A program made the position numbers and the translations under genes. This document shows positions 8,801-17,400 of a stretch of 51,384 nucleotides of DNA, piece after piece (within the stretch, counting starts at the first letter, position 1; every line of letters begins with the position of its first letter). A model generated the notes under the pieces. It had not been told where the DNA came from, did not search any database, and worked only from the letters and a program-made list of their open reading frames with translations. Where the stretch lies: contig JAGWXR010000001.1 of NCBI GenBank assembly GCA_018969785.1, positions 1 through 51,384 on the forward strand. Reading direction: 5' to 3'. This DNA is from Alphaproteobacteria bacterium. GTDB taxonomy: Bacteria > Pseudomonadota > Alphaproteobacteria > Micropepsales > Micropepsaceae.

Positions 8801-10834
8801 TCGGTGTCGCTGTTCTCGGGCATCGTCTCGGTCGCCAACGGAACGGCCAGCGTCACGCTTGACGTCCCCGACTTCAATGGCGAATTGCGCCTGATGGCCG
8901 TCGCCTGGTCGGCCAACCGCGTCGGTCGGGCCGAACAGCCCATGACCGTGCGCGATCCGGTCGTGGCCGAAGTCGTCCTGCCGCGCTTCCTGGCGCCTGG
9001 CGACCGGATTCTCGCCGCACTCAACATGCACAACGTCGAGGGCGCGCCAGGCCAGTACACCGCGATCGTGCGCGCCGAAGGTGCGGCCGCCAGCCCCGGC
9101 GGGCAGACGCGCGCCGCCACCACCCTGTCAAAGGACCAGCGCACGCTCGTTCTTGTGCCGCTCGAAGGCGTAAGCGCTGGCATCGGCAAGGTGTCCCTGA
9201 GCGTCACCGGTCCCGGCGGATTCAAGATCGACCGCTCATGGCCGATCGAGGTGCGCGAGCCGCAGCTCCCCACCTCTGTCGAGAACACCGTCGTCCTGCA
9301 ACCCGGCAAGGAGGACCGCTTCGGCAGCGACCTGCTGTCATCCTTCAAGCCTGGAACCGCGAAAGTGGCGGTGACCGTCACGGGTGGCCGCGGGTTCGAT
9401 GACGTGCCTGGCCTGTTGCGCTGGCTTGACCGCTATCCCTTCGGATGCCTCGAGCAGACCGTCAGCCGCGCCTTCCCGATGGTCTACTACAACGACATGG
9501 CGCTGCTCGCCGACGTCAAGCAGGACCGCAACATCAGGGATCGCGTTCAGGACGCCGTCTGGCGCGTCCTCGACATGCAGACCTACAACGGCAGCTTCGG
9601 CATGTGGAGCTCCGTGTCGGGAGAGGCTGATGCCTACATCGCGATGTTCGCCGTCGACTTCCTGATGCAGGCCAAGGCCCAGAACTATGTCGTGCCGGAA
9701 GAGGCGATCGACCGCGCGCTCGGCTGGGTGCGCAAGGCCGCAGGCGCTGAAGGCAGTGGCGACCTGGCCAGGTCCTATGGCTTCTACCTGCTCGCACGCG
9801 CGGGCTCGCTCAATCCGGGCGAACTGCGCTACTTCGCTGACAACAGGGTGGACGGGATGCAGAGCGCCATGGCGCTCGGCCTGCTCGGGTCTGCCCTCAG
9901 CGAAATCGGCGACCGCTCGCGCGCAGCGCCAGCCTTCGCCAGGGCCCGCACGATCGCACTGCAGGCAACAGCCGACAAGTACAAGGTCGACAGCTACTAC
10001 GGCTCGCTCCTGCGCGACCTCTCGGGCCTGACGGCGGTATCGGCGCGCGCCCAGCAGGCAAGCTTCGTGCCCGACCTCGTCGCGCGCGTGCAGGGCTTCG
10101 ATCCGCGCCTGAACCTGACCACGACCCAGGAAAAGGCCTGGATGCTTCTCGCCGCACACGAGGTCGAGGAAGCAACGCCCCCCGTCAATGTCGCGGTCAC
10201 GGGCGCAACCGCGGTCCAGAAGGGCAAGGTCCTGCGCTTCAGCCCGGGCCTCGCCCAGGTTGAAGGCGGCATCACCGTCAGGAACAACGGACAGCGCGAT
10301 GCCTGGCGCATCGTCTCGGCCGAAGGCATCCCGGCGGCTCCGCTGCCGGCCGAAAGCAGCGGCGTGTCGGTGAACAAGGCCATCCTCACGATGTCCGGCC
10401 AGATGGCGAACCTCTCGGCGGCAAGGCAGAACGACCGGTTCATCGTCCACGTCTTCGGCCAGGTCGATGACAACCGGGCCCGCCTGATGGCGCTGCTCGA
10501 CCTGCTGCCGGCCGGCTTCGAGATCGAGGGTGTTGTCCAGCGCAAGGAGGACGGATCGACGATCTATCCCTTCCTGCCCTCGCTGTCGGCCGCCAACATC
10601 GCCGAGGCGCGCGATGATCGCTTCGTTGCGACCTTCGACATCGGCTCGAGCTACCAGTCCACCGATCCGAAGGACAACACGGCCCGCCTCAAGCCCCGGT
10701 TCAGCTTCGCCTACATCGTGCGCGCCACGGTGCCCGGCAGCTACACCGTGCCCGCGGCCCTGGTCGAGGATATGTACGCGCCGCGTGTTCGTGCGCGTAC
10801 CGGCATGGGACAGCTGACGATTGCGACCCCCTGA
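5897..10834 (+). CDS. Bacterial alpha-2-macroglobulin family protein (thioester-containing, YfhM/ECAM-like)
   Basis: This is the 1664-aa ORF 5840-10834. The thioester motif CLEQ is present in RYPFGCLEQTVSRAFP. It has the classic pairing with a downstream PBP1C gene. I set the start at ATG 5897, which has AGGGA 7 nt upstream and gives the membrane-anchor-like N-terminus MSRLMIVLAVVAALVASILVA. ATG 5861 is an alternative start. Confidence 0.93.
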   Translation: MSRLMIVLAVVAALVASILVASRWYPQTGAAVFAEEDEFMLGGGTQASVAPPVPGDTTATGVASQPEVEAPYFAFRRLEVQTSGETPEACLVFTRKLDDSGNVRYEDYLKFDPELTFAVRVTQDRLCVQGLTFGKTYTLQLREGLPAAKGDKLTRSESFPVALRDKPSLVRFGNGLVLPRDTADGVPITTVNVARLDVKVIRVGDRLLSQLQTGVVDQREFYEYDRDTLENTQGQVVWQGQLSVPGNRRNDEAITLFPLRKALKQVLPGAYLVIATDAADAGSTDENDYWKPRAAQFVVNTDIALTSFRGRDGLTVFARSLRSAEPLSGVELALVARNNEELKRVKTGPDGRATFDAPLVRGKGGSEPVVIMAYGAGADFSFLDLRRPAFDLTDRGVEGRSNPGEIDAYMYTDRGVYRPGETVNVTTLLRDQQSRAITNTMLTFILSRPDGLEAKKWTQKNLLGGASGDPVVLTDTAPRGRWQVAAYVDPKGEPIGRVAFDVQDFVPQKLKVELKPAQEILRPGEVASVNVSSRFLYGAPAAGLGGEGTMTINADPTPFDGIAALKGYVFGKVDETFQGTQLTMSVTQTDAQGRTAATARVEDLPETSLPLRADMTISVYEPGGRTTSGKVSLPVRTRDTLIGIRPGFQLNSVQENTPANFEVVALDETGRQKAVNNVTWELVFEDIDYRWYQVDNDWRYERVINDRIIEGGKTDLSATSAFKVSKSLRWGSYRLTVSDPKSGATTAYRFWSGWGNGADNDRPDRVAVLADKDMYASGETARIKISPPSDGKALIVIASNRIHMTRMVDVSAAGTTVSIPVSSDWGAGAYALVTHYRPLSSAQSRAPVRSIGVAWLSVDPAPRTLALAIKAPARIKPNQKITIPIEVKGQGWGESAFVTVAAVDEGILQLTDFKSPDPNRFYFGKRRLGLDMRDDYGRLIQADRAILGELRSGGDAIGGRSLSVVPQKSVSLFSGIVSVANGTASVTLDVPDFNGELRLMAVAWSANRVGRAEQPMTVRDPVVAEVVLPRFLAPGDRILAALNMHNVEGAPGQYTAIVRAEGAAASPGGQTRAATTLSKDQRTLVLVPLEGVSAGIGKVSLSVTGPGGFKIDRSWPIEVREPQLPTSVENTVVLQPGKEDRFGSDLLSSFKPGTAKVAVTVTGGRGFDDVPGLLRWLDRYPFGCLEQTVSRAFPMVYYNDMALLADVKQDRNIRDRVQDAVWRVLDMQTYNGSFGMWSSVSGEADAYIAMFAVDFLMQAKAQNYVVPEEAIDRALGWVRKAAGAEGSGDLARSYGFYLLARAGSLNPGELRYFADNRVDGMQSAMALGLLGSALSEIGDRSRAAPAFARARTIALQATADKYKVDSYYGSLLRDLSGLTAVSARAQQASFVPDLVARVQGFDPRLNLTTTQEKAWMLLAAHEVEEATPPVNVAVTGATAVQKGKVLRFSPGLAQVEGGITVRNNGQRDAWRIVSAEGIPAAPLPAESSGVSVNKAILTMSGQMANLSAARQNDRFIVHVFGQVDDNRARLMALLDLLPAGFEIEGVVQRKEDGSTIYPFLPSLSAANIAEARDDRFVATFDIGSSYQSTDPKDNTARLKPRFSFAYIVRATVPGSYTVPAALVEDMYAPRVRARTGMGQLTIATP

Positions 10835-12977
10835 AGACGGCACTGATCCCCGAACGGTTACCCTGCGCCAGCATCTGGCGCAGGGGCTCGCCTCCCGCCT
10901 CGCGCGCAGCCCCTGGCCCCTGGTCGGAACCTTCGCCGCGATTGGCCTTGTCTTTTCGCTGGCAGTCCTCGATCGCGTCTTTCCCCTCGAGAAGTCACGT
11001 ATCGACGACCGCTCCGTGATCGTCACCTCGGCGAAGGGTACGCTGCTGCGGGCCTTTGCATCATCCGATGGGCGCTGGCGCCTGCCGGTCAAGCCCGCCG
11101 ACGTTGACCCCCGCTACGTCGAGATGCTGCTCGCCTGGGAAGACCAGCGCTTCCGCGAGCATGCCGGCGTCGACCCGTTCGCCGTCCTGCGTTCGGCCTA
11201 TCAGCTCGCCGCCAATGCACGCGTCGTCTCGGGGGCGTCGACGATCACCATGCAGGTCGCCCGCCTGATGGAGCCGCGCGAACGCACCCTGTCAGCCAAG
11301 GCCCTCCAGGTCGCCCGCGCGCTACAGCTCGACTGGCACTATTCCAAGGAAGAGATCCTCGAACTCTATTTGACCCTCGCGCCCTATGGCGGCAACCTCG
11401 AGGGCATAAGGGCAGCAAGCCTCGCCTGGTTTGGAAAGGAGCCTGCACGCCTGACCGTTGGCGAGGCGGCGCTGCTCGTCTGCCTGCCGCAGTCACCCGA
11501 GCGCCGTCGACCGGACCGTTTCCCCGAAGGCGCCCGCAAGGCGCGCGACCGCGTCATCGCGGTCTTGGCCGAGCGCGGTGTCATCACCCGCCGCGAAGCC
11601 AGCGACGCCCGCGAGGAACCGGTCCCCGTGCGCCGCCTGCGCTTTCCCTTCAACGCGCCGCACGTGGCGCAGGAACTCTTCGCCGGCAACAAGGGCAAGG
11701 ACCCGGTCATCACAACCACCCTTCGTGCCGACATCCAGGTGATGCTCGAGGACCTTGCCCGGCGCGAGCGCGCCTATTTCGACGATGACGCCAATATCGC
11801 CGCGATCGTGGTGGACAACGAAACGCGCGACGTCATGGCCTATCTCGGGGGAGCAAATTTCTGGGCCGCGGCGGGGCAGGTGGACCTCGCGACGGCCACG
11901 CGTTCGCCGGGCTCGACGCTGAAGCCCTTCATCTACGGCATGGCCTTCGACGAACTGATCGTGCACCCCCAGACCCTGATCGACGACAGGCCGACCGCCT
12001 TCGGCGACTACGAACCACGCAATTTTGACCGGGGTTTCCAGGGCACCGTCTCGATGGAGACGGCCTTGCAGCTTTCGCTCAACGTGCCGGCCGTCGCCTT
12101 GCTCGACCGCATTGGCCCGCTGCGCTTCGCCGCCGCGCTGCGCAATGCAGGCGCCGCCCTCCACTTCCCCAGGAAGGGCGCGCTGCCGTCCCTTCCCATG
12201 GCCCTCGGTGGCGTCGGCATGACGCTGAGGGACCTGACCATGCTCTATGCCGCCATCCCGAACGGCGGCGAGGTCGCGCCCCTCAATTTCGTGCCCCGCA
12301 CCACGAAGGCGCCATCCACGCGCATTTTCGGTCCCGCGCCGGCCTGGTATCTCGGCCAGATCCTGAAGGAGGCAAACCTCCCCGATGGCTGGTCGATGGG
12401 CCAGGGTATCGAACGCGCGCGCACGATCGCCTTCAAGACGGGCACGTCCTATGGCTATCGCGATGCCTGGTCGCTTGGCTTCTCGCGCAAGTACACGGTG
12501 GGCCTCTGGGTCGGACGCGCCGACGGATCGACGCGCCCCGGCCACATCGGACGCAATGACGCCGCGCCCTTGCTGCTCAAGGTCTTCGATCTCCTGCCAC
12601 CCGAGGGAAAGGCCCCCGCCACCCCGCCAGCCGACGCCTGGTGGGTGCAGAACGCCGAGCAACTGCCGCCCGGTCTCCAGCGCTTTCGTGCAAGCACGCG
12701 CATGGCGGCCGGCCTGAAGCGCATCCAGCCCCCGCGCATCTCCTTCCCGCCGAACGGCGCAACCGTCTCGATCGTCGACCGCGCCAAGCCCGAACCCATG
12801 CCCCTCAAGGCCACCGGCGGTCGCGCGCCGCTGCAGTGGGTGGTCAACGGCACACCGCTGCCCGAGAGCGCCAGTGGCTGGTGGACGCCCGACGCCGAGG
12901 GTTTTGCACAGATCACGGTGGTGGATGCCGACGGGCGCAGCGATACGGCGCAAGTCCGCCTGAAGGCCGAGAACTGA
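10821..12977 (+). CDS. pbpC: Penicillin-binding protein 1C (bifunctional glycosyltransferase/transpeptidase)
   Basis: This is a 718-aa ORF. The GT51 motif is EDQRFREHAGVDP. The transpeptidase motifs are SPGSTLKPF (SxxK), SLN and KTGTS. The TTG start overlaps the A2M stop by 14 nt. Confidence 0.92.
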   Translation: MRPPEDGTDPRTVTLRQHLAQGLASRLARSPWPLVGTFAAIGLVFSLAVLDRVFPLEKSRIDDRSVIVTSAKGTLLRAFASSDGRWRLPVKPADVDPRYVEMLLAWEDQRFREHAGVDPFAVLRSAYQLAANARVVSGASTITMQVARLMEPRERTLSAKALQVARALQLDWHYSKEEILELYLTLAPYGGNLEGIRAASLAWFGKEPARLTVGEAALLVCLPQSPERRRPDRFPEGARKARDRVIAVLAERGVITRREASDAREEPVPVRRLRFPFNAPHVAQELFAGNKGKDPVITTTLRADIQVMLEDLARRERAYFDDDANIAAIVVDNETRDVMAYLGGANFWAAAGQVDLATATRSPGSTLKPFIYGMAFDELIVHPQTLIDDRPTAFGDYEPRNFDRGFQGTVSMETALQLSLNVPAVALLDRIGPLRFAAALRNAGAALHFPRKGALPSLPMALGGVGMTLRDLTMLYAAIPNGGEVAPLNFVPRTTKAPSTRIFGPAPAWYLGQILKEANLPDGWSMGQGIERARTIAFKTGTSYGYRDAWSLGFSRKYTVGLWVGRADGSTRPGHIGRNDAAPLLLKVFDLLPPEGKAPATPPADAWWVQNAEQLPPGLQRFRASTRMAAGLKRIQPPRISFPPNGATVSIVDRAKPEPMPLKATGGRAPLQWVVNGTPLPESASGWWTPDAEGFAQITVVDADGRSDTAQVRLKAEN

Positions 12978-13083
12978 GGCTGGGCATTGAGGACCCCGCC
13001 GGAGCGCCCATTTGTCACGCTCCCGTCGCAATCCGCCGGGTGCATATCGGCCCTTGTTTCCCGAACAGGCGACAGCACCGTCC

Positions 13084-14427
13084 ATGACCATGACCCCGCC
13101 TCCGAAGCCGCCGCTGCCGCCCGGCTGGCTCGAGCGGCTGCGAACATCCTTCGCACCCGAAGAGGCAGAGACAGGCATGACGACGGAACGCGGCCGCAAG
13201 CGGGCCATCGCGCTGCTGTTCGTCTGCCTGATCGGCAACGGCCTCGGCCAGACCCTGATGTTCGCGATCCTGCCGCCGCTCGCGCGCGAACTGGGCCTAA
13301 CGGAATTCCAGGTCGGTTCCATCTTTGCGGTATCGGCCACGATATGGGTCTTCTCGTCGGCCTATTGGGGTGCCCGCAGTGACCGCTGGGGGCGCAGGCC
13401 CGTCATCCTGATCGGGCTCGCCGCCTTTGGCATCTCCACGATCAGCTTCGCCGGTGTGATGATGTTCGGCCTCTGGGGCGCGCTGACCCCGCTGGCGACC
13501 TATGCGCTTCTTGTCGCCGCCCGCTGCATCTTCGGCATCTTCGGCTCGGGCGCCTATCCGGCTTCGCAAGCCTACATCGCCGACCGCACCACTGCCGACA
13601 AGCGCACCGAGGGCATGGCGACGCTCAATGCCGCCTTCGGTCTCGGCGCTGCCGTCGGGCCCGGCATCGGCGCGGCGCTGACGGTGTTCGGCGTTGTGGC
13701 GCCGATCTTCTTCGTGGGCTTCATCGGCCTCTTGTCAGCGGTTGCAATCTGGCTTCTGCTGCCCGAACGCACCGCCCCGCACCAGCGCCAGGAGCTCAAG
13801 CCCCTGTCCTGGCGCGACCCGCGCGTCCTTCCTTTCGTGATCTTCGCGGTCATGCAGGGAACCGCCGGCGCGATCCCGATCCAGACCATTGCCTTCGTCA
13901 TCCGCGACACGCTGAACCCGTCGGTCTCCGATACCCAGCAGCTCGCGGGCGTCGGCCTGATGTGCTCGGCCATCGCCTCGCTGTTCGCGCAGTTCGTTCT
14001 CGTCCAGCGCTTCCGCCTGGGAACCTCTTTCCTCGTGCACGCCGGCATCTGGGTGGCGCTGGTCTCGAACCTGCTCGTGATCCTAGCGATCATCGCGCCG
14101 AACTACGGCCTGATCGCCTTCGCGCTGGTCCTGTCGGGGCTCGGCTTCGGCATGCTGCGCCCGGGCTTCGCCGGCGCCTCCTCACTTGCCGTCTCGCCGG
14201 ACGAGCAGGGGGCCATGGCGGGACTGACGGGCGGCGCGGGCGCGGCGGGCTTCATCTTTGCCCCGCTCATCGGCAATGCGCTCTATGGCATCCATCCGAT
14301 ACTGCCCTACATCCTCGCCACGCTGCTCATGGGAACGCTCGCAGCCTACCTGCTGCGCAGCCGCACGCTGAAGGACGCGATGATGCGGGAGCACCAGGGG
14401 ATCGTTGACCCACCCCCGCCGGCCTAG
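13084..14427 (+). CDS. MFS transporter (DHA1-like)
   Basis: This is ORF 13012-14427. It has about 12 hydrophobic segments and the MFS motif A, GARSDRWGRRPVIL. I placed the start at ATG 13084 (MTMTPPP), but it is uncertain. Confidence 0.85.
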   Translation: MTMTPPPKPPLPPGWLERLRTSFAPEEAETGMTTERGRKRAIALLFVCLIGNGLGQTLMFAILPPLARELGLTEFQVGSIFAVSATIWVFSSAYWGARSDRWGRRPVILIGLAAFGISTISFAGVMMFGLWGALTPLATYALLVAARCIFGIFGSGAYPASQAYIADRTTADKRTEGMATLNAAFGLGAAVGPGIGAALTVFGVVAPIFFVGFIGLLSAVAIWLLLPERTAPHQRQELKPLSWRDPRVLPFVIFAVMQGTAGAIPIQTIAFVIRDTLNPSVSDTQQLAGVGLMCSAIASLFAQFVLVQRFRLGTSFLVHAGIWVALVSNLLVILAIIAPNYGLIAFALVLSGLGFGMLRPGFAGASSLAVSPDEQGAMAGLTGGAGAAGFIFAPLIGNALYGIHPILPYILATLLMGTLAAYLLRSRTLKDAMMREHQGIVDPPPPA

Positions 14428-15770
14428 CCGGTCTGGCGCAGGCTCTGCAGCAGGCTCACCGTCGCAAAGCCATCGGCAGGCAGGCCGATCTTCCTCTGGA
14501 ACGCCCGGATGGCTTCGCGCGATTTCTTCCCGATCACGCCATCGGGCTCGCCTACGTCAAAGCCGCGCTGGTTGAGCAGCATCTGCAGCTCCAGCCTGTC
14601 GGTGCGCGACAGGATGGGTGTCTCGCCGCGCGGCCAGTCAATGGAGAACGAAGCCCCGCCCTCGAAGCGCCGCGACAGCTGGCAGATGGCCAGCGCGTAG
14701 GAAATCGCATTGTTGTAGGCCAGCACGGCCTTGAAATTCGGATAGGCAATGAAGGCAGGACCCTTGTGCCCGCCCGGCAGGATCACGGCGGCCTGCGCAT
14801 CGGGGCTAAGCCCCGTGCGTCCCTGCAGGCTGTTGCCGTTCACCTGCGTGATGCCGAGCGCCACCCAGTCACGCACGCTCTTCTCGATCGAGATGTCGGC
14901 TAGGGCGTGGTCGAACCCTGCCGGCAGGCGAACCTCGTCGAAGCAGGGGGCATCCTGCTGCCAGCCCTTGTTCGACAGGTAATTGGCGGTCGAATTGAAC
15001 ACGTCGGCTTTCGTATCCCAGAGGTCGCGCCGTCCGTCACCGTTGCCGTCCTCGGCGTATTGCAGGAACGCCGTCGGGATGAATTGCGTCTGCCCCATGG
15101 CACCGGCCCATGACCCGACCATGCGCCGCGGCTCCACGTCACCCGACTGGATGATCCGCAGCGCAGCGATCAGCTGCTCGCGCCCGAAGCTCGCCCGGCG
15201 GCCCTCGAAGGCAAGCGTGGCCAGCGCCTCGATGACGTTGAAACCGCCCATGTTGTTGCCGAAATTGCTCTCGAGGCTCCAGATCGCGGTGACAATGCTG
15301 GCCGGCACCCCGTGCTTGTCCTCGGCCCGCCCCAGCGTGTGGCGAAACTTCTGGAGCTGCTCGCGGCCTTTCTCGACGCGTGCGGACGAGACGGCGCTGT
15401 CCATGTAGTCCCAGACCGCCCGACTGAACTCGGGCTGGTTTTCGTTGAGTTCGACCACGCGCGCATTGAGTTGTACGCCGGCAAACGACCTGTCGAACGT
15501 CTCTGCCGTGATCCCTTGCGCCAGAGCCTCGGCGCGGAAACGCACCACCCACGCCTTGAAGTCGGCCGTCCGGTCGACCGGGTCATCCGGCACGGGGGTC
15601 GACATGCGCACCGCCGGGTCGGCGCTTGCGGCATTTGACCCCAGGCAAACTGGCACCAGGGCCACGGCTGCGACAGCAAGCCCAATACGAACAAAACTCA
15701 GCAAGGCAGCACCTCGTTCACCAAGCACCGATGCCACGAGGCAGGCGCGCAAATCAAGGGAAACAGCCAC
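14424..15770 (-). CDS. Lytic murein transglycosylase (MltB/SLT_2 family) with C-terminal peptidoglycan-binding domain
   Basis: This is a 448-aa ORF. It has the motif SWAGAMGQTQFIPT. The C-terminal PG_binding_1-like repeat is LQMLLNQRGFDVGEPDGVIGKKSREAIRAFQRKIGLPADG. The GTG start is uncertain. Confidence 0.88.
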   Translation of the reverse strand: MAVSLDLRACLVASVLGERGAALLSFVRIGLAVAAVALVPVCLGSNAASADPAVRMSTPVPDDPVDRTADFKAWVVRFRAEALAQGITAETFDRSFAGVQLNARVVELNENQPEFSRAVWDYMDSAVSSARVEKGREQLQKFRHTLGRAEDKHGVPASIVTAIWSLESNFGNNMGGFNVIEALATLAFEGRRASFGREQLIAALRIIQSGDVEPRRMVGSWAGAMGQTQFIPTAFLQYAEDGNGDGRRDLWDTKADVFNSTANYLSNKGWQQDAPCFDEVRLPAGFDHALADISIEKSVRDWVALGITQVNGNSLQGRTGLSPDAQAAVILPGGHKGPAFIAYPNFKAVLAYNNAISYALAICQLSRRFEGGASFSIDWPRGETPILSRTDRLELQMLLNQRGFDVGEPDGVIGKKSREAIRAFQRKIGLPADGFATVSLLQSLRQTG

Positions 15771-15789
15771 TTGGCCCGCGCTTTGCGCG

Positions 15790-15818
15790 TTGACAATACG
15801 CGCCGGTCACACTATTGG
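15790..15818 (+). promoter_or_regulatory. Candidate sigma-70 promoter for rpmJ
   Basis: It has TTGACA at 15790-15795, a 17-nt spacer and TATTGG at 15813-15818. It lies 51 nt upstream of the rpmJ ATG. This is a pattern match only. Confidence 0.3.
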
Positions 15819-15868
15819 TCCGCCCCTCGAATTTGGCCCTGCGGGGCCGCACGCCGCGGGTAAAGCCA

Positions 15869-15994
15869 ATGAAAATCCGGAATTCTCTGAAATCTCTGAA
15901 GGGCCGCGACAAGGATTGCCGCGTTATCCGCCGCAAGGGCCGCGTCTACGTGATTAACAAGAAGAACCCGCGCTTCAAGGCGCGCCAGGGCTGA
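15869..15994 (+). CDS. rpmJ: 50S ribosomal protein L36 (41 aa)
   Basis: It is below the ORF-track size cutoff. Hand translation gives [41 protein letters not shown], then TGA at 15992-15994. This matches the L36 signature ([20 protein letters not shown]). Confidence 0.92.
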   Translation: MKIRNSLKSLKGRDKDCRVIRRKGRVYVINKKNPRFKARQG

Positions 15995-16005
15995 TCGCCT
16001 GTTCT

Positions 16006-17361
16006 TCAGCCGGCGCCGGACCGCTTGAGCGCGTTCAGGACCCGCCGGGCGACCTGCCTTCCGCTGTCATAGGCACCGTTGACGGTCTGCACGGCCTTAT
16101 CGCCCAGTGCTTCACCGGCCAGGTGGATGCCGCCATGGATGGGCACCCGCAAGGCATCGCGGGCACGCAACTGGCCGGGCTTCGCTCCGGCCACTGACCC
16201 CAGCACCAGCGGATTGCGCCCCCAATTGGTCGAGGCACTCGCCACCAGCCCGCGTGCCGCTGAAGTTCCCATCATCGACGTGAGCGCTTCCATCGCAAAT
16301 TCCAGGTGCGTGCGTGCGCTGCGCGACTCCAGGTCCAAGGCCAGCGAACCGCCGACGGTGCACACCAGCATCGGCATCCCGAAAGGCCGTACCAGGAACT
16401 CTGCCGCTCGCTGGTCCGCGACCCGCTCGAACAGCAGGGCGTTATCCGGGAACGCGAGCGCGGGGCTTCCTGCCGCGAATGAAAGGCCGACCTTCATCAG
16501 CGATCCCATCTGCAATGCATCGATCGCCGCCTGATGATCGGCGGGCAATCCCGGCTCGATCGCAATCGATCCCGACGCAAGGACGCCAACCGACGCCGTG
16601 ACGATCACGGCGCGCGCCCTGAGGCCCCCGCGGCTCGTCAGCACCTCGAACCAGCCGCCACGCATCGGACTGATGCGCAGCACGGTGGTGCTCACCGAAA
16701 CGGGCAGCCCGTCCGACAGTCGCGCCACCAGCGTGCCAAGGCCCTGGCGCACAAGCCGGCTCGGCTCGGCCTCGTGGCGATTGAACCAGTCCTTGACCGA
16801 GATCTGTCCAAGGTCGAGCCCCATGTCGAGCGGGCCGATCCGGGCGCCCGCGGTCGCAAGCCATTCACGATCCTCCGGCGGCAGCAGCGCAAATGTCGGT
16901 GGGTTCACCGCCGCCGCTGCCACGTCGGTCTCGCCCTCGGCTGCCTCGGCCAGCGCGATGCTGTAGGTATCGATCGCCCGCTCGAAGGCTGCGTTGGCGC
17001 GGGCCGGCAGGCGCCGCCCGCCGGCGAACAGGATTTCCTTGGGCTGCGCCAGCGCCGTGCCGAAACGATACAGTTGCGCAAATCCGAAGAGCGGATTGAA
17101 GTCGGCCCGCCTGAGCCACATCGCCCCCTGGTCGAAGGGAAGGCCGAAGCTGGCCGTGTCGGTGTAGCAGCGCCCCCCGACACGCGCCGCCGCCTCGAGG
17201 ACCTGCACCCGCCGCCCGGCATCGGCAAGCACCTTGGCTGCCGCCATGCCCGCCACCCCGGCCCCGACCACCACGACCTCCGGATCCGCAACCCGGGACG
17301 CGCCCGCCAGCAGCGGCAATCCCGCTGAAAGCCTGACAAGTTCGCGTCGGGTAATCTTCAT
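16006..17361 (-). CDS. FAD-dependent amine oxidase family oxidoreductase with twin-arginine (Tat) signal
   Basis: This is a 451-aa ORF. The N-terminus is MKITRRELVRLSAGLPLLAGA, which has an RR motif. The dinucleotide-binding fingerprint is VVVGAGVAGMAAA...LEAAARVGGR. Confidence 0.85.
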   Translation of the reverse strand: MKITRRELVRLSAGLPLLAGASRVADPEVVVVGAGVAGMAAAKVLADAGRRVQVLEAAARVGGRCYTDTASFGLPFDQGAMWLRRADFNPLFGFAQLYRFGTALAQPKEILFAGGRRLPARANAAFERAIDTYSIALAEAAEGETDVAAAAVNPPTFALLPPEDREWLATAGARIGPLDMGLDLGQISVKDWFNRHEAEPSRLVRQGLGTLVARLSDGLPVSVSTTVLRISPMRGGWFEVLTSRGGLRARAVIVTASVGVLASGSIAIEPGLPADHQAAIDALQMGSLMKVGLSFAAGSPALAFPDNALLFERVADQRAAEFLVRPFGMPMLVCTVGGSLALDLESRSARTHLEFAMEALTSMMGTSAARGLVASASTNWGRNPLVLGSVAGAKPGQLRARDALRVPIHGGIHLAGEALGDKAVQTVNGAYDSGRQVARRVLNALKRSGAG

Positions 17362-17400
17362 GGCGAAGGTCGCTTGGAACGATGGAAGCCTTAGCCTAGC

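Noticed and set aside
9338-13340. 584-aa and 615-aa minus-strand ORFs (9338-11092 and 11493-13340)
   Set aside because: They are antisense to the A2M, pbpC and MFS genes. They have no motifs and a low-complexity Arg/Gly/Ala-rich composition.
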